Origin: Leucoraja erinacea
Lineage: Eukaryota
NCBI RefSeq assembly: GCF_028641065.1
Contig: NC_073391.1
Span: forward strand, 5,704,001-5,768,000
Length of the DNA: 64,000 nt
Reading direction: 5' to 3'
Under the pieces are notes generated by a model that saw only the letters and a program-made list of their open reading frames with translations, was not told the origin of the DNA and did no database searches. Below are positions 51,844 through 64,000 of this stretch, piece after piece. Positions within the stretch are counted from its first letter, which is position 1. Every line of letters begins with the position of its first letter. Position numbers and translations under genes: made by a program.

Positions 51844-52309
51844 ACACACAGATAAGGAAGGGTAAGGTGTGAAAATGAGACATCAAAGGAGATGTAGTTC
51901 AAGGAATATATTGATAGATATTCTTTATGGAAAGGTGGTTCCCCTCATCCATCTTAGTTGAGGCCCTCACAAGGGTCAAATTTAATTTGTGATCTTATTT
52001 TTGTCAGTGATCACTGGGTATGGCTTTAGGCATGTGGTTTCAGTGAAATTGCATTAGAGTTTGTCAGATATCAAATTTCATGGTTTTTTCAGCATATTCT
52101 GGTGCCAAGAGACATCATGATAATAGGCCATGTAGGGCATTGCGTAGGAAGGAATTGCAGATGCTGGTTTACACCGAAGATAGACATGAAATGCTGGTGT
52201 AACTCAACGGGACAGGCAGCATCTCTGGAGAGAAGGAATGGATAAAGTTTCAGGTTGAGATAAAGGGCATTGTTGGCTAATTAGTCTTACTGTTGTATGC
52301 ATTGTTGTA

Positions 52310-52547
52310 TTACTCAGAAAGTGGTAGCGGTGTGGAATGAGCTTCCAGTGGAAGTGGTGGAGGCAGGTTCATTGGTATCATTTAAAAATAAATTGGATAG
52401 GCATATGGATAAGAAGGGAATGGAGGGTTATGGTATGAGTGCAGGCAGGTGGGACTAAGGGGGAAAAAAAAAATTGGTTCGGCACGGACTTGTAGGGCCG
52501 AGATGGCCTGTTTCCGTGCTGTAATTGTTATATGGTTATATGGTTAT
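52310..52547 (+). mobile_element. CR1 3' fragment, same subfamily as 62465-63045
   Basis: near-identical to the reverse complement of 62465-62695. Confidence 0.88.
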
Positions 52548-52889
52548 TAATTACATCAACTGATATTAGAAAAAAAGCTTAGACTTTTAAAGGGGGAAGG
52601 TGTGTTCTCAAATTCTCTAACTATAACCCACTGACCACCACTAACAAACCCTGCCTCAGTCTATCACGTTCCCATTATCTCTTCATCCTCTCATCCTTCT
52701 CTGCAAGTTAAAACCATTGGGTTTTTTTCTCTCCCTTTTCCAGTTCTGACAGCGGGTCTTTGATGTTATCTCTGCTCTTCCATCTTCAAATATTGCCTGA
52801 CCTATTTAGAACTTTTCTGCTTTTATTTCAGATTTTGAGTATCTGCAGGATTTTGATACAGCCTTGATGGAATTTCACGTTGCTATAAT

Positions 52890-53800
52890 TGGACATGGAA
52901 ACTCAAAAATACTTTCTGGCAGAGTTAAAGGTGATAACCACATGATAGACAATGCAGTTTTAATCTTCTCTGTGGATTGTCACCTGGTCGAGGTGGAGAA
53001 GCTTGTGTGGTCTTGAGATCCTGAGAGTGATGCCGTCTGGTGCTATGCTCCTGGTAGGGCCACCCATGGTGGTACGGTTGAGGGGGAGGTCCCTGACAAA
53101 GAGCAATCTAACCAAGACCTCAACGGTGGAACAGGCAGAGGATGATGGCTGACCTGAGTGGAGCGTCACAACGGCTGGGAAGGCGGATGAAGGCTGAAGC
53201 AGAAAAGGGTCTCTGGTCGTCTTGGACTCCATGCCACTGGATCCTGATCCAGATCTGTCAAGGACCGTGTGGTGGCTGTCTGTGCACCAGTCTCCCCACG
53301 TTAAACAAAGTCACGCACAGGCGTCCTCCATATAGAGGACGGTCATACACGTTTCGAGTCATCGCCAATGATGATGAATGCTTTTAGAGTATAATGAAAC
53401 AACATCAAGGCATTTATCTGGTGAATACTTCTTGAGGATTCTGTTGATGTTCTCCGTAGAGCTGCAGGAGGCTCAATGCCTCTCATTAGAGATATAATCA
53501 CTGAAGCATGGATAGGCATCAGAAGGACGGAGGAAATAGATTTTATTCCATCAAACAGTCCTCAAAGTAATGCAGTATCGAAGAATAAACGAGTAATCTC
53601 TTTGGTTGCATAGAAATGACCATGAGAAATGTTCTTCTCATAGTCAACTGCGGCATTTATGGTGAGCCGCCGCTGCTTCTTGGAGTTCATGAAGGGCTTT
53701 GAGTTCTGAAGGAACGCACAAATAGTTGTATGAATGCAGTCTATCATCACCCACTCCTCTACCCCACATCTTGGTGAAGTTTGCAACTCCAGTAGGTCTG
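52890..53800 (-). pseudogene. decayed Maverick cysteine protease, element A
   Basis: YNYLCVPSEL, LTIN...HGHFYA...FFDT (53574-53666; His and Asp region), ISLMRGIE, RILKKYS; catalytic Cys segment apparently deleted. Confidence 0.65.
52962..53380 (+). mobile_element. RTE-related non-autonomous element
   Basis: ctatgctcctggtaggg..acccatgg...gggggaggtccc RTE-type 5' motif; (gat)n tail. Confidence 0.55.
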
Positions 53801-54028
53801 GTGGGCTGTACTGGAGGAAAAGTTGGATATTCCATGCAAGGGACTTTCACATGAGCTGTAAGGTGTGGTATGGAACATATCGTCTACTACAGGTTGCAAC
53901 AACTTCCTGGAGGCTAGGAAGTTCAGTGATGTCCTCCATGGGCAGAGCAATCCAGGCATAAGTGGACTTCTGACACCACTGTGAGAAAAACTCAGTGGTT
54001 ACATTGATACATTGCCCTTAGCAAGCCG

Positions 54029-54552
54029 TTTAGTTTAGTTAAGTTTAGTTTAGAAACAGGCCCTTCGGCCCACTGAGCCTGCCCTGACCAGCGTTCCCTG
54101 CACATTAACATCACCCTAAGGCCAACTTTTACATTATACCAAGCCAATTAACCTACAAACCTGAAGATTGACACAAAATGTTGGAGTAACTCAGCGGGAC
54201 ATGCAGCATTTCTGGATGGAAGGAATGGGTGACGTTTCGGGAAGAAGTGTCTCCACCGAAACATCACCCATTCCTTCTATCCAGAGATGCTGCCTGCCCC
54301 GCTGAGTTACTCCAGCATTTTGTGTCTATCTTTCTATCTTCAGCGTAAACCAGCATCTGCAGTTCCGTCCAACACAACCTACAAACCTGTGCATTCTTAG
54401 AATGTGGGAGGAAACCAAAGATCAGGGAGAAAACCCGCGAAGGTCATGGGGAGAACGTACAAACTCCGTACAGACTGTTACCATAGTCAGGATCGAATAA
54501 GGGTCTCTGGTGCTGTAAGGCAGTAGCCCTACCGCTACGCCAACGTGCTGCC
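54029..54552 (-). mobile_element. HE1-type SINE with nested palindromic PLE (54163-54375)
   Basis: SINE halves rejoin at the duplicated aacctacaaacctg. Confidence 0.88.
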
Positions 54553-54617
54553 ATGGAGATGGAATATGGTTGCTTGAACATCCTAGGAATGGGATCCACG
54601 AATTTGTGTGAGCCTTA

Positions 54618-54841
54618 AGGGCCTGGGTCACTTGGGCGCCATTTGCGTATCATTTATGCAACATCATTTAAGCTTCACATGCATGACGCCAGCGTGCGCG
54701 CACGTGATGCGCGCATGGCGTGAATTACGCGTGCATGGTGCGTGGTGACGTAGGCCGAGGCGTCCCAGGATTTTGGGATTCACAAAATCTACGTGCGCCA
54801 TCTGCGTGATGCGCAAATGAGGCCCAAGTGGGGCAGACCCT
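54618..54841. mobile_element. PIF/Harbinger-type MITE
   Basis: TIR agggcctg..cacttggg / cccaagtg..cagaccct; TTA TSD. Confidence 0.85.
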
Positions 54842-55271
54842 TTACCCTTCTCCTTCAGGTCCATAGGTTACCTTGGCCATCCTTGCCGTGCACGTCATGC
54901 AACTTCAGTTCATGCAGTAAAGGCAGCACGGAAACAACCCCAGTAACAAGGTATGAGGTGGCAAAGTAGTTGTCCACCTCATTTGGAGATGTTGTGATCA
55001 ATAGAAATAAAGTTCAGAATCAGCAGGCAACCTCCTGAGTCCTCTGCAGTTGATAGCAGAGTGTCGTACAATGAACACATATTTCTGTGAAAAGAGCTGC
55101 AAATTTGCTTGTGGTGAGAAACATGACTCAGTTCCTCCCGAGCAAGATCTTAATACGCATTTCACTATTATAAGCGTGGTTGCTGGCTTCTCAGTGTGTG
55201 CTGTGCACTGCAGCAGAAATGTTTGGTTGAAGTTCCTGTTCTGCACCATTCTCACGTAGAAGCCATTCCCA

Positions 55272-55750
55272 GGTTTAGGTTTATAATTGTCACATGTACC
55301 GAGGTATAGTGAGAAGGTTTGTTTTGCACGCTATCCAAACAGATGCTATACAAACAAGTCAACCTCAAGAACAATAGATGAAACAAAGGGGAAGATACAG
55401 AGTGCAGAAAGATAGTTCTCACCATTGGAGCATTGTAGCACATCAGTTCCATAGACAGAGTTCAATGTCCACAATGGGGTAGAGATGAATCAGACAGTAC
55501 CCTGTCTTATGCAAGGACTGTTCAGAAACCTGATAGCAGGGGGATAGAAATTGTTTCTGAGTCTGGTGATGCATGCTTTCAAGCTTCTGTACTTCCTGTC
55601 AGATGGGAGCCGGGAGAGGTAGGGATGACCCCAGTGGCACAAGTCTTTGGCTGCTTTACCGAGCCGTATGGTACAGACAGAGTCCATCACAGAGACCCAG
55701 AAGCCTGGTCTCTGTGATGGACTGGGTTGTGTGTAATTTTGAGGTATTGT
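55272..55750 (-). mobile_element. degenerate Rex1/Babar 3' fragment
   Basis: LPSDRKYRSLKACITRLRNNFYPPAIR. Confidence 0.8.
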
Positions 55751-55789
55751 CAAACTCCTTTCTGGGCTGCTACTATAGACCCTTCAAGG

Positions 55790-56400
55790 TGGCACAGTGG
55801 TAGATTCAGTAGAGCCACTGTCTTACAGCTCAGTGACTAAGGCTTGATCCTGACCTGCAGGTTTATGGTGAAGGGGAAAAGATTTAATATGAATCTGAAG
55901 GGTAACCTTTTGACACAAAGGGTGGCGGGTTTATGGTACAAGCTGCCAGAGGAGCTGGTTGAGGCTGGGACTATCCCAACATTTAAGAAACTATTAGACA
56001 GGTACATGGATAGGACAGGTTTGGAGGGGTATGGACCAAACGCAGGCAGGTGGGACTAGTGCAGCTGATACATGTTGGCCGGTGTGGGCAAGTTTGGCCG
56101 ATGGGCCAGTTTCCACACTGTAGCACTCTATGAATCTATGACCGTATGTGCGGAGTTTGCACTTTCTCCCTATCACTGGTTGGGTTTCCCCACATGTGCT
56201 GGGCTTTTTCCCACATCTTAAACAAATTCCGATTAAACATAGTAACATAGAAAATAGGTGCCGGAGGAGGCCATTTGGCCCTTCGAGTCTGCACCACCAT
56301 TCATTGTGATCATGGCTGATCATATGATCATTGGTGGTTAATTATCCACTAAAATCACCCCAAGTTTGTGGGTGAGTGGTGGAATCTGGGAGCAGTGTGG
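55790..56400. mobile_element. SINE with nested CR1 3' fragments
   Basis: tRNA-like head at 55790; CR1 at 55860-56140 (+) and 56236-56325 (-). Confidence 0.7.
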
Positions 56401-56870
56401 ACTGAATAAGATGAATAGTGTAGTCTAATGAAAAACAGCAGGTGCTGGAAATCTGAAAAAACAGAAAATGCTGGAAACACTCAGCAATTCAGTCAAAATT
56501 TGTGGAGATAGAAAAGTTACGTATGTATTTTGATATTCATCCTGGTTTTACTGGACGATTTAAGTTGGGATATTTCCCACTTTATGGTCAAGGCTGTTGC
56601 AGCTGCACTGTAGCAGTTTGGCTGGAGAAGTGGGCCAGTTGCACAACATATCATTGAGACAACAATCAGGTTATTCTAGAGACATAGATAGAAACAGCAT
56701 GGAAACAGGCCCTTTGACCCACCAAGTCCACACACTGACCATCAAGCACCCATTTGCTCTAATCCTACTCTGGTCTAATCCACCATTATTCTCTGTATAT
56801 TGTCATCAATTCCCCCCAGATTCTAAAATTAAACTAAAACTTAACTAAACTCTGGATCTTGAGTAACTTA

Positions 56871-57421
56871 AGGGCCTGTCCCACTTGGGTGACCTAATCC
56901 GCGAGTTCTGGCGAGTTTGCCCTCGACTCAATACTCGCAGCATGGTCGACATGAGGTCGTAGGAGGTCTTCGTAACTCCCCTTCATGCTCGAGAGTGGTC
57001 TCCGCATACTCGAGGCCTCAGCTAGGTCGCGGCATTTTTTTCAATATCTTAAAAAATGCCCGCGACTAAAAAAGGTCATCATGGAAAAAATCAATACTTT
57101 TTTTACTCGTAGGTTTAGTCATAGTAGGTCGTAGTAGATCGGCATGTTAGTCGTAGGTAATCAACGGTAGTCAAAGGTAGTCGAAGGTCGTTCATCATAG
57201 ATAGTCTTCATCATAGTCGAAGGGAGGTCGAAGTAGATCAAAAAAGGTAGTCTTCACTCTCCCCTTTTCGGTGTTCAATTTTCCCGTTGCTAGTCGTAGT
57301 TAGTCGAAGCTAGTCTCAACATAGTCGAAGGAGGTTGAAGGAGGTCTTCTACATAGTCGAAGGAGGTTTTTTCAAACTCTTCTAAACTCGTCAATTAGGT
57401 CGCCCAAGTGGGACAGCCCCT
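56871..57421. mobile_element. PIF/Harbinger-type MITE
   Basis: TIR agggcctgtcccacttggg / cccaagtgggacagcccct; TTA TSD. Confidence 0.92.
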
Positions 57422-57721
57422 TTAGGAAAGGCGGTGAATTTGCCAGGGGTTGAATTTTGGTGATTTGTATGGCAGGAACCCCAAAATGAAACAGGCAGTA
57501 TAAGAGCCCACTAATGCTGCATCAAATTTGGAATTGTGTACTATTGCTTTTCGTGAGTAAAAATATTTTACAGTTGGTGACATAGAGTGGGTGACAAGTG
57601 CAGTGTTGCTGGAATTAATTTAAAGGTGTGCATATCTTTCTCCCTCCCTTGAAGAGGTTCTGGATACTTGCCTGCCTCAAGCTGTTTTATGACTTTCAAA
57701 GATCCTGCTGTTTTTCGAGAT

Positions 57722-60081
57722 TGTATATTTTTATTGTCATTTTCCCAAGTACTCACATACCCAGAGGAAACAAAAAAACGTTGCTCAACCAGTGTCCATT
57801 CAGTGTGCAGTAAAAAATAAATAGAAATAAAAATACATATATCATGAACAAATTAACACTCTACTCTCTACTAAACATCAACAGGTGTTCCGATCAGCAG
57901 CGGCACGACAGTGGCTCTGTTGCAGTGTGTCCAGGTTGGTGGTTGGTGCGCGATACTTTGGCAGGGGGCAAAGTCCGTTTATCAGTCTTATAGCCTGCGG
58001 GAAGAAGCTGAGGAGCATCCTGCTGGTTTTACAGCTAATGCTCCTGTACCTCTTCCCAGATGGCAGGGTGGAGAATATGTGATGCGATGGGTGGTAGGGG
58101 TCTTTGATGATGGAGATGGCTCTGCTGATACATCTCTTCCTGTATATGTCCAGCAGGAAAGGGAGTGGAGCACCAATAATCGTGCTGGCGGTCTTCACAA
58201 TCCTGTCTAATTGGTGCCGTTCGTACGCCTTGTAGCTCCCGAACCAGGAAGTGATGCCGTAGGTTAATGTGCTCTCGATTGTCCCCCTATAAAAAGTCCG
58301 TAGGTGTGTAGTGGGGAGACCTGCTTTACGTAGTCTTCGGAGAGGGTGTAGTCGCTGCTGGGCTCTCTTGGCCAGTGCTGTGGTGTTGGTCGTGGACGTC
58401 AGGTCATCTGACAGGTGGAGTCCTAGGAACTTCACGCTGCTGACCCTTTCCACATCAGCTCCATCGATGTGCAGAGGTGTATGGTGTTGTTTTCCCGCCC
58501 TCCTGAAGTCAACCACCATCTCCTTAGTTTTTCCCACGTTGAGAATGAGGTTGTGGGATTTGCACCATCCTGTGAGCAGCTCCACCTCCATCCTGTACGC
58601 CGACTCATCATTGTCACTGATGAGACCCACCACTGTTGTGTCATCAGCGAACTTGTTGATGAAGTTGTTGTTGAGTCTAGCAGTACAGTCGTGTGTAAGC
58701 AGACTAAACAGCAGGGGGCTTAGGACACAGCCTTGGGGCGAGCCAGTGCTCACGGCTATGGTTTTTGATGTCCTACTGCCCACCCTGACTGTCTGCTGCC
58801 GTTGCGATAGAAAGTTCAGGACCCAGTTACATGTGCCAGCATCAACCCCCAATAGCTCCAACTTCTCCACCAGCTGCTGCGGAATGATTGTGTTAAAAGC
58901 AGAGCTGAAGTCTATGAAGAGGATCCTGGCATAAGTATTTTTCCGATCAAGGTGTGACAGTACGAGGTTCAGTGTTGTTGAGACTGCGTCCTCTGTGGAT
59001 CGGTTGGCTCTGTAGGCGAACTGCAGTGGGTCTAGGTCGGCAGGTAGACTATTTTTGATATGCTGCATAACCAGTCGCTCAAAACACTTCATTACTATGG
59101 GTGTTAGAGCCACTGGTCGAAAGTCATTATGGCAGGCTGGGTTTGGTTTCTTCGGGACAGGGACGATGGTGGCACTCTTAAGACAGTTGGGCACTACTGC
59201 CTGGCTGAGTGAGATGTTAAAAATGTCTGTGAAGACATCTTTCAGTTGCTCGGCGCAGTCTCTTAAAACGCATCCAGGAATGTTGTCCGGCCCTGCAGCT
59301 TTGCGTGGATTGATGCTGGCAAAGGCCTTTTTAACTCCGGCTGCGGACAGCCTGAGCGACTGGTCACTGGGAGATGGCAGTAGTGCACGTGTCTGGGTGC
59401 TGTTTTTAACCTCAAACCGCGCGTAGAACTCGTTCAGTTCATCTGGTAGAGAGGGGTCGTTTTGGCATATCCGCAGCGGGGGGGGGGGGGGGGCTTGTAG
59501 TCAGTGATGGTATGAAATCCCTGCCACAAGCGACGTGTGTCTTTGTCATTTGCGAAGTGGCTATTAAGTTTTTGTCCATACACCCGCTTCGCTTCCCTGA
59601 TCCCCCGGGATAGGTTGCTCCTTGCCAGTTTGTATGCTGCGTTGTCCCCAGATTTGAATGCAGCATCCCGGATTCTCAGTATGGAACACACTTCCCCAGT
59701 TAGCCAAGGTTTCTGATTGGCACGCCTCCTGACGGCTTTGACCACCGTTACATCATCAATACATTTATTGATGTATCCGTTCACGGATTCTGTGTATTCT
59801 TGGAGGTTGATGCCACTGTCATCTGTTGCTGCCTCTCTGAAAATGGCCCACTGTGTGGTTTCAAAACAGTCTTGTAGTGCTGCGGTAGCTCCCTGTGGCC
59901 ATGTTCTGACTTCTTTGACCGTTGGCCTGTCCTGTTTCACCCTGGGTCTGTAGGCAGGTGTGAGCATAACCGCTAGGTGGTCAGAGTTGCCGAAATGGGG
60001 GAGGGGGGTTGCTTTATATGCATCTTTAATGTTGGTGTACACCAGATCTAGTTTGTTCTTCCCCCTGGTTGCAATGTTCAC
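57722..60081 (-). mobile_element. Rex1/Babar LINE, 5'-truncated, with nearly intact endonuclease end and RT
   Basis: ORF 59434-60081 (TRG..LDL, GNSDH) and ORF 57878-59194 ([29 protein letters not shown]); frameshift near the G16 run at 59478-59493. Confidence 0.96.
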
Positions 60082-60149
60082 ATGCTTTATTCCATGTGCA
60101 TGCTATTCCTGAACCCAGGACAGGTGCGATTCCATCTTTCAGTGATGAT

Positions 60150-60550
60150 ATTTTACATAGCACTTGCCTTTTATAAGAGTTTGGCAGAATTACTTGGAGA
60201 TTTTACTCGGGTTAAAACCACAAAACCTTCTTGCTTCAAACAATCTTTCATCTTTATCTGCTTCAAACCGGAATCCATTAAGTATGTTCAGTGTCTCTCT
60301 GCCAAATAGGTAATTACTGGAGAGGTTCTGACATCTTTTGACTGCTTAATGAAACCTGATGCAATCTTGTCATTTTCCCACTTTCCTTTAAAGCTTTTCA
60401 ATTGCCGACTCAAATTACCTGCCAACTTTAGTTTCATGAGGACTGGTACGTTTTGAATAATAGGCACTAAGACTAAGCAGTATTCACAGAATTTAAAATT
60501 TGAATGTTCAGTTTTAAAATTAATAAACCACTGATGTACTCTTGCGGAAT
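60150..60550 (-). pseudogene. possible Maverick PW-like basic ORF relic, element A
   Basis: Lys-rich frame LVPIIQNVPVLMKLKLAGNLSRQL... between the minor and major capsid relics. Confidence 0.35.
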
Positions 60551-60805
60551 GGGGAAAAAGTCAAGAAAAATAACGATAGATCTGTATTTTAATTAGAGTA
60601 AAATACAGTTAGCTACCTTCGCTGAATGGAATAGTTGCTGGAAGCAGCAGTTTCATCTTTTCTTCAGTCTTTGAAAATTTTGGGTAGATTTAAGACTTTT
60701 GATAGCACATGGCATTCTCTATTGCGTTTATCTGTTAGGAACAAAGAAAGTTTTCAAAACATATTGGGCAGGAATCCTAAACACCTATTCATCTTACTTT
60801 GAATG

Positions 60806-61200
60806 CCAGGTGGTGCAGCAGGTAGAGTTGCTGCATTACAGCTAATGCAGTGCTGGAGATCCTGGTTCGATCTCGACTGCGGTTGCTGTCCGTACAGAGT
60901 TTGTACACTCTGCCCGTGACCTGCGTGGGTTTTCTCTGAGATCTTTGATTTCCTCCCACACTCCAAAGATGTACAGGTTTGTAGGTTAATTGGGTTGGTA
61001 AATGTAAAATTTGTCACTAGTGGATATAGGATTTTCTCCGAGATCTTCAGTTTCCTCCCACACTCCAAAGACGTACAGGTTGTACGTTAACTGGCTTGGT
61101 CTAAGTGTAAATTGTCCCTAGTGTGTGTAGGATAGTGTTAATGTGCAGCGATCGCTGCTCGGCCCTTTTTCCACGCTGCATCGCTGTATCTCCAAACTAA
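60806..61200 (+). mobile_element. HE1-type SINE with internal core duplication
   Basis: core ttttctc.gagatctt...ctcccacactccaaag repeated at ~60930 and ~61032. Confidence 0.88.
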
Positions 61201-61874
61201 AAGTATTTCTAGATTAGAGGAGACAAGGAGATTTCTACACTGGCTCAGGATTAGTAGACCACTTCCTCACAGAAAGGTTTTGAGGGAAAAAAACCCAATA
61301 AGTAACATTTTTGGGCTTGTCTCCGAATTTTAACCTAACAACAAAACACTTACTGTAATGCTTCAGCTGGGTCTCCCGAAATTATGTCAACACATCTAGT
61401 TCATCTACATGTAGATGAGACCTTTCAAAGATTTTTACTCAATTTATTTCCATAATTTAATCCTTTCTTCCACCTTCAAGTTGGGTTTTAAATTCTGAAG
61501 TGTCAGAATTTTTGTGAGGTTAAATATATTTATTAAAGTATCAATGTGTTGCTCAGTGAGGGAGGATCTTTGCTAGGTTATGATATATCAAAAGGAACAG
61601 GTTAGAACTATATTGGGGTATGATTCCCTCCGAGAATTTTCAAGGCAGAAAGGCAAAACCGTGTCAAGTCATTCACGGTCAAGGTTTTCCACGTCTGACT
61701 GTCAAATGATTGTTAGAGTTGCAGATGATTGGACAGGTCAAGATATATTGATGTCCTTGTCGAATATCAAGGTTGTGACTTGAACTAGTTCTATTTCAGA
61801 TACATCCATTTCCTAATCACCAAAGTCTGAATTCCCGAGGATTGACACAAAGTGCTGGAGTAACTCAGCCTATA

Positions 61875-63045
61875 AGGTCATGTTCATAAGTTCTAGGAGC
61901 AGAATTAGGCCATTCGGACCATCAAGTCTAATCCACCATTCAATCTATCTTTCACTCTCAACCCCATTCTCCTACCTTCTCCCCATAACCCCTGACACCT
62001 GTACTAACCAAGAATTTATCAATCTTCGTCTTAAAAATATCCATTGACTTGACCTCCACAGCCTTCTGTGGCAAAGAATTCCTCAGATTCACCACCATCT
62101 GACTAAAGAAATTCCTTCTCATCTCCTTTTTAACATTCTTTAATTCTGAGGCTGTGGCCTCTGGTCCTAGACTCTTCCACTAGTGGAACCCTCTCCACAT
62201 CCACTCTATCCAGGCCTTTCACTATTCGGTAAGCTTCAATGAGATGCCCCCTCATCCTTCTAATCTCCAATGAGTACAAGCCCAGTGCCATCAAACTATC
62301 ATCACGTTAACCCAATCATTCCTGGGATCATTCTCGTAAACCTCCTCTGGACCCTCTGCAACGTCAGCACATCCTTCCTCAGATATGGGGCCCAAAACTG
62401 CGCACGGTACTCCAAATGCGGCCTGACCATATAAACCAGCATCTGCTGTTCCTTCCTACACATTAACCATATAGCCATATAACAATTACAGCATGGAAAC
62501 AGGCCATCTCGGCCCTACAAGTCCATGCCAAACAACTTTTTTCCCTTAGTCCCACCTGCCTGCACTCATACCATAACCCTCCATTCCCTTCTCATCCATA
62601 TGCCTATCCAATTTATTTTTAAATGATACCAACGAACCTGCCGACACCACTTCCACTGGAAGCTCATTCCACACCACTACCACTCTCTGAGTAAAGAAGT
62701 TCCCCCTCATGTTACCCCTAAACTTCTGTCCCTTAATTCTGAAGTCATGTCCCCTTGTTTGAATCTTCCCTATTCTCAAAGGGAAAAGCTTGTCCACATC
62801 AACTCTGTCTATCCCTCTCATCATTTTAACGACCTCTATCAAGTCCCCCCTTAACCTTCTGCGCTCCAGAGAATAAAGACCTAACTTATTCAACCTATCT
62901 CTGTAACTTAGTTGTTGAAACCCAGGAAACATTCTAGTAAATCGCCTCTGTACTCTCTCTATTTTGTTGACATCCTTCCTATAATTGGGCGACCAAAATT
63001 GTACACCATACTCCAGATTTGGTCTCGCCAATGCCTTGTACAATT
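61875..63045 (-). mobile_element. two CR1 3' fragments (61875-62430 and 62465-63045)
   Basis: ORF 62546-63043: RPNLEYGVQFWSP...ERRRLRGDLIE. Confidence 0.93.
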
Positions 63046-63094
63046 GTACATTTTGGCTGAATTCCTGGTTGCATTAGTTCTACAAGGAAAACAA

Positions 63095-63745
63095 GGTAAA
63101 ATGGTAAAGAAGGCATATGGTATGCTTGCCTTCACTGATCAAGGCATTAGGTATAAGAGAAGGAAGTCAAGATTCAGCATTATAGGAATTTATTAAGGTC
63201 ACATTTGGAATATTTTGTGCAGTTCTGGTTGGGCCAATACAGGAAGGATATGGAAACTTCGGAAAAGGTGCCGGGGATGGTTAGCAGAATGCTGCCTGGA
63301 TTAGTGGGTATTAGCTACAAGATTAGGTTAGATAGACTTGTATCTCTTTCTCTGGAATGGCTGTGGTTGAAGGGAGGCCTGGCAGAGGTATAACAAATTA
63401 TAAGAGGCATAGCTAGGATAGGTAATCAGAACATCTTTGCCAGGATGGATAAATCAAATACTGGAGAGCAGAACTTTAAGATGAGAGGGGCAAAGTTTAA
63501 GGGAGATATGTGGAACATCTCCTTTAAACTGTTGTGATGTCATGATGTTTGGGGGACACAGTTACAGGTGATGGTGGAGGCAGACGTGAGAGTGGCATTT
63601 AAGAGGATTTTGAATAGGCTCATGGATATGCAGGTTATGGAGGAATATGCATTATGTGCAGGCAGACTGTCTTGGCATCATGTTTGGCACGGACATTGCG
63701 GGCTGAAGAGGTTGTTCCTGTGGCGTACCGTTCTGTGTTCTACTT
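63095..63745 (+). mobile_element. old CR1 3' fragment
   Basis: VKKAYGMLAF, EYFVQFW. Confidence 0.85.
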
Positions 63746-63769
63746 TATAAAACATGTAAATAACACTAG

Positions 63770-63836
63770 TCAACGGATTTTTCATTATGCAAGACCTTGA
63801 ATCAGACTTAGCTGAATGGGTGTTGAGGCATTTGAC
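63770..63836 (-). pseudogene. possible integrase chromodomain relic, element A; the gene would continue beyond the window
   Basis: VKCLNTHSAKSDSRSCI resembles VKWLG...NSWI and lies directly upstream of the PX relic. Confidence 0.4.
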
Positions 63837-63842
63837 CTAATT

Positions 63843-63940
63843 GACTGAAGAAGGGTCTTGACCTAAAACGTCACTTATTCCTTTCCTCCAGAGATGCTGT
63901 CTGACACGCTGAGTTTCTCCAGCTTTTTGTATCTATCTTT
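63843..63940 (+). mobile_element. short Penelope-like element
   Basis: ctgaagaagggtcttgacc..aaacgtcac motif. Confidence 0.8.
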
Positions 63941-64000
63941 GGCCTCATTAAATGCCAGGACTGGATGCTGAGGTTGAATTGCCTGCTTCTTTACATACTT

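Larger units (their letters stand above)
53800..57720 (-). pseudogene. decayed Maverick major capsid protein (PY), element A, split by SINEs, MITEs and LINEs
   Basis: EPL..TFKLIP, LYVTNCKI (57564-57588), DCCLND..NCYS, PGNGFYVRMVQNRN..FLL (55210-55273), LPADS, GGQL..YLVTGVVS..AAFT (54915-54979), INVTTEFF..TYAW (53952-54008). Confidence 0.75.
60580..63100 (-). pseudogene. decayed Maverick minor capsid/penton (PX), element A
   Basis: FTLFSL*N*CNQEFSQN (~63050-63100), GD*EMDVSEIE (61790-61822; cf. GeWEVgLSEI), HIDTLINIFN, LLIGF, IPFSEG (60615-60632). Confidence 0.68.

Noticed and set aside
53390-54020. A single long minus-strand frame with two stops, first read as one unknown gene or a Tx1 LINE relic
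   Set aside because: Motifs in alternating frames match the end of the major capsid followed by the protease, so it is two frameshifted genes
52890-63100. Endogenous adomavirus or adenovirus, suggested by the penton-hexon-protease order
   Set aside because: Integrase/chromodomain, ATPase and pPolB relics in Maverick-type order fit a Polinton/Maverick better; not formally excluded without phylogeny
18200-64000. Exons of genes that neighbour DNTT in tetrapods (OPALIN, TLL2)
   Set aside because: No recognisable peptide with splice signals found; the unique segments are better explained as Maverick relics

Overview
Eukaryotic, repeat-dense genomic DNA. It is almost certainly from a cartilaginous fish (skate or ray), inferred from abundant HE1-type V-SINEs and HER1/CR1 LINEs. 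The only host coding feature I recognise is the terminal exon of DNTT (TdT) at 11619-11705 (+). Most of the window is young to old TEs: CR1, Rex1/Babar, RTE, Penelope-like elements carrying minimal hammerhead-ribozyme cores, Harbinger-type MITEs, hAT-like elements and two non-autonomous Helitrons, one with an internal 64-bp satellite. Main finding: once these insertions are removed, the remaining unique-looking sequence from about 10.8 kb to the window end translates, with many stops and frameshifts, into colinear remnants of two Maverick/Polinton (endogenous dsDNA virus-like) genomes. The inner element B has pPolB (+, ~25.3-34.4 kb) converging on protease, major capsid, PW, minor capsid, integrase, PZ and ATPase (-, ~36.5-50.1 kb). 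It lies between the pPolB (+, ~11-21 kb) and the protease/major capsid/PW/minor capsid/integrase arm (-, ~52.9-64 kb) of an outer element A. The DNTT exon appears to sit inside the N-terminal part of the outer pPolB fossil. All Maverick calls come from manual translation compared with remembered family motifs and need HMM or tBLASTn confirmation. Many boundaries are approximate.
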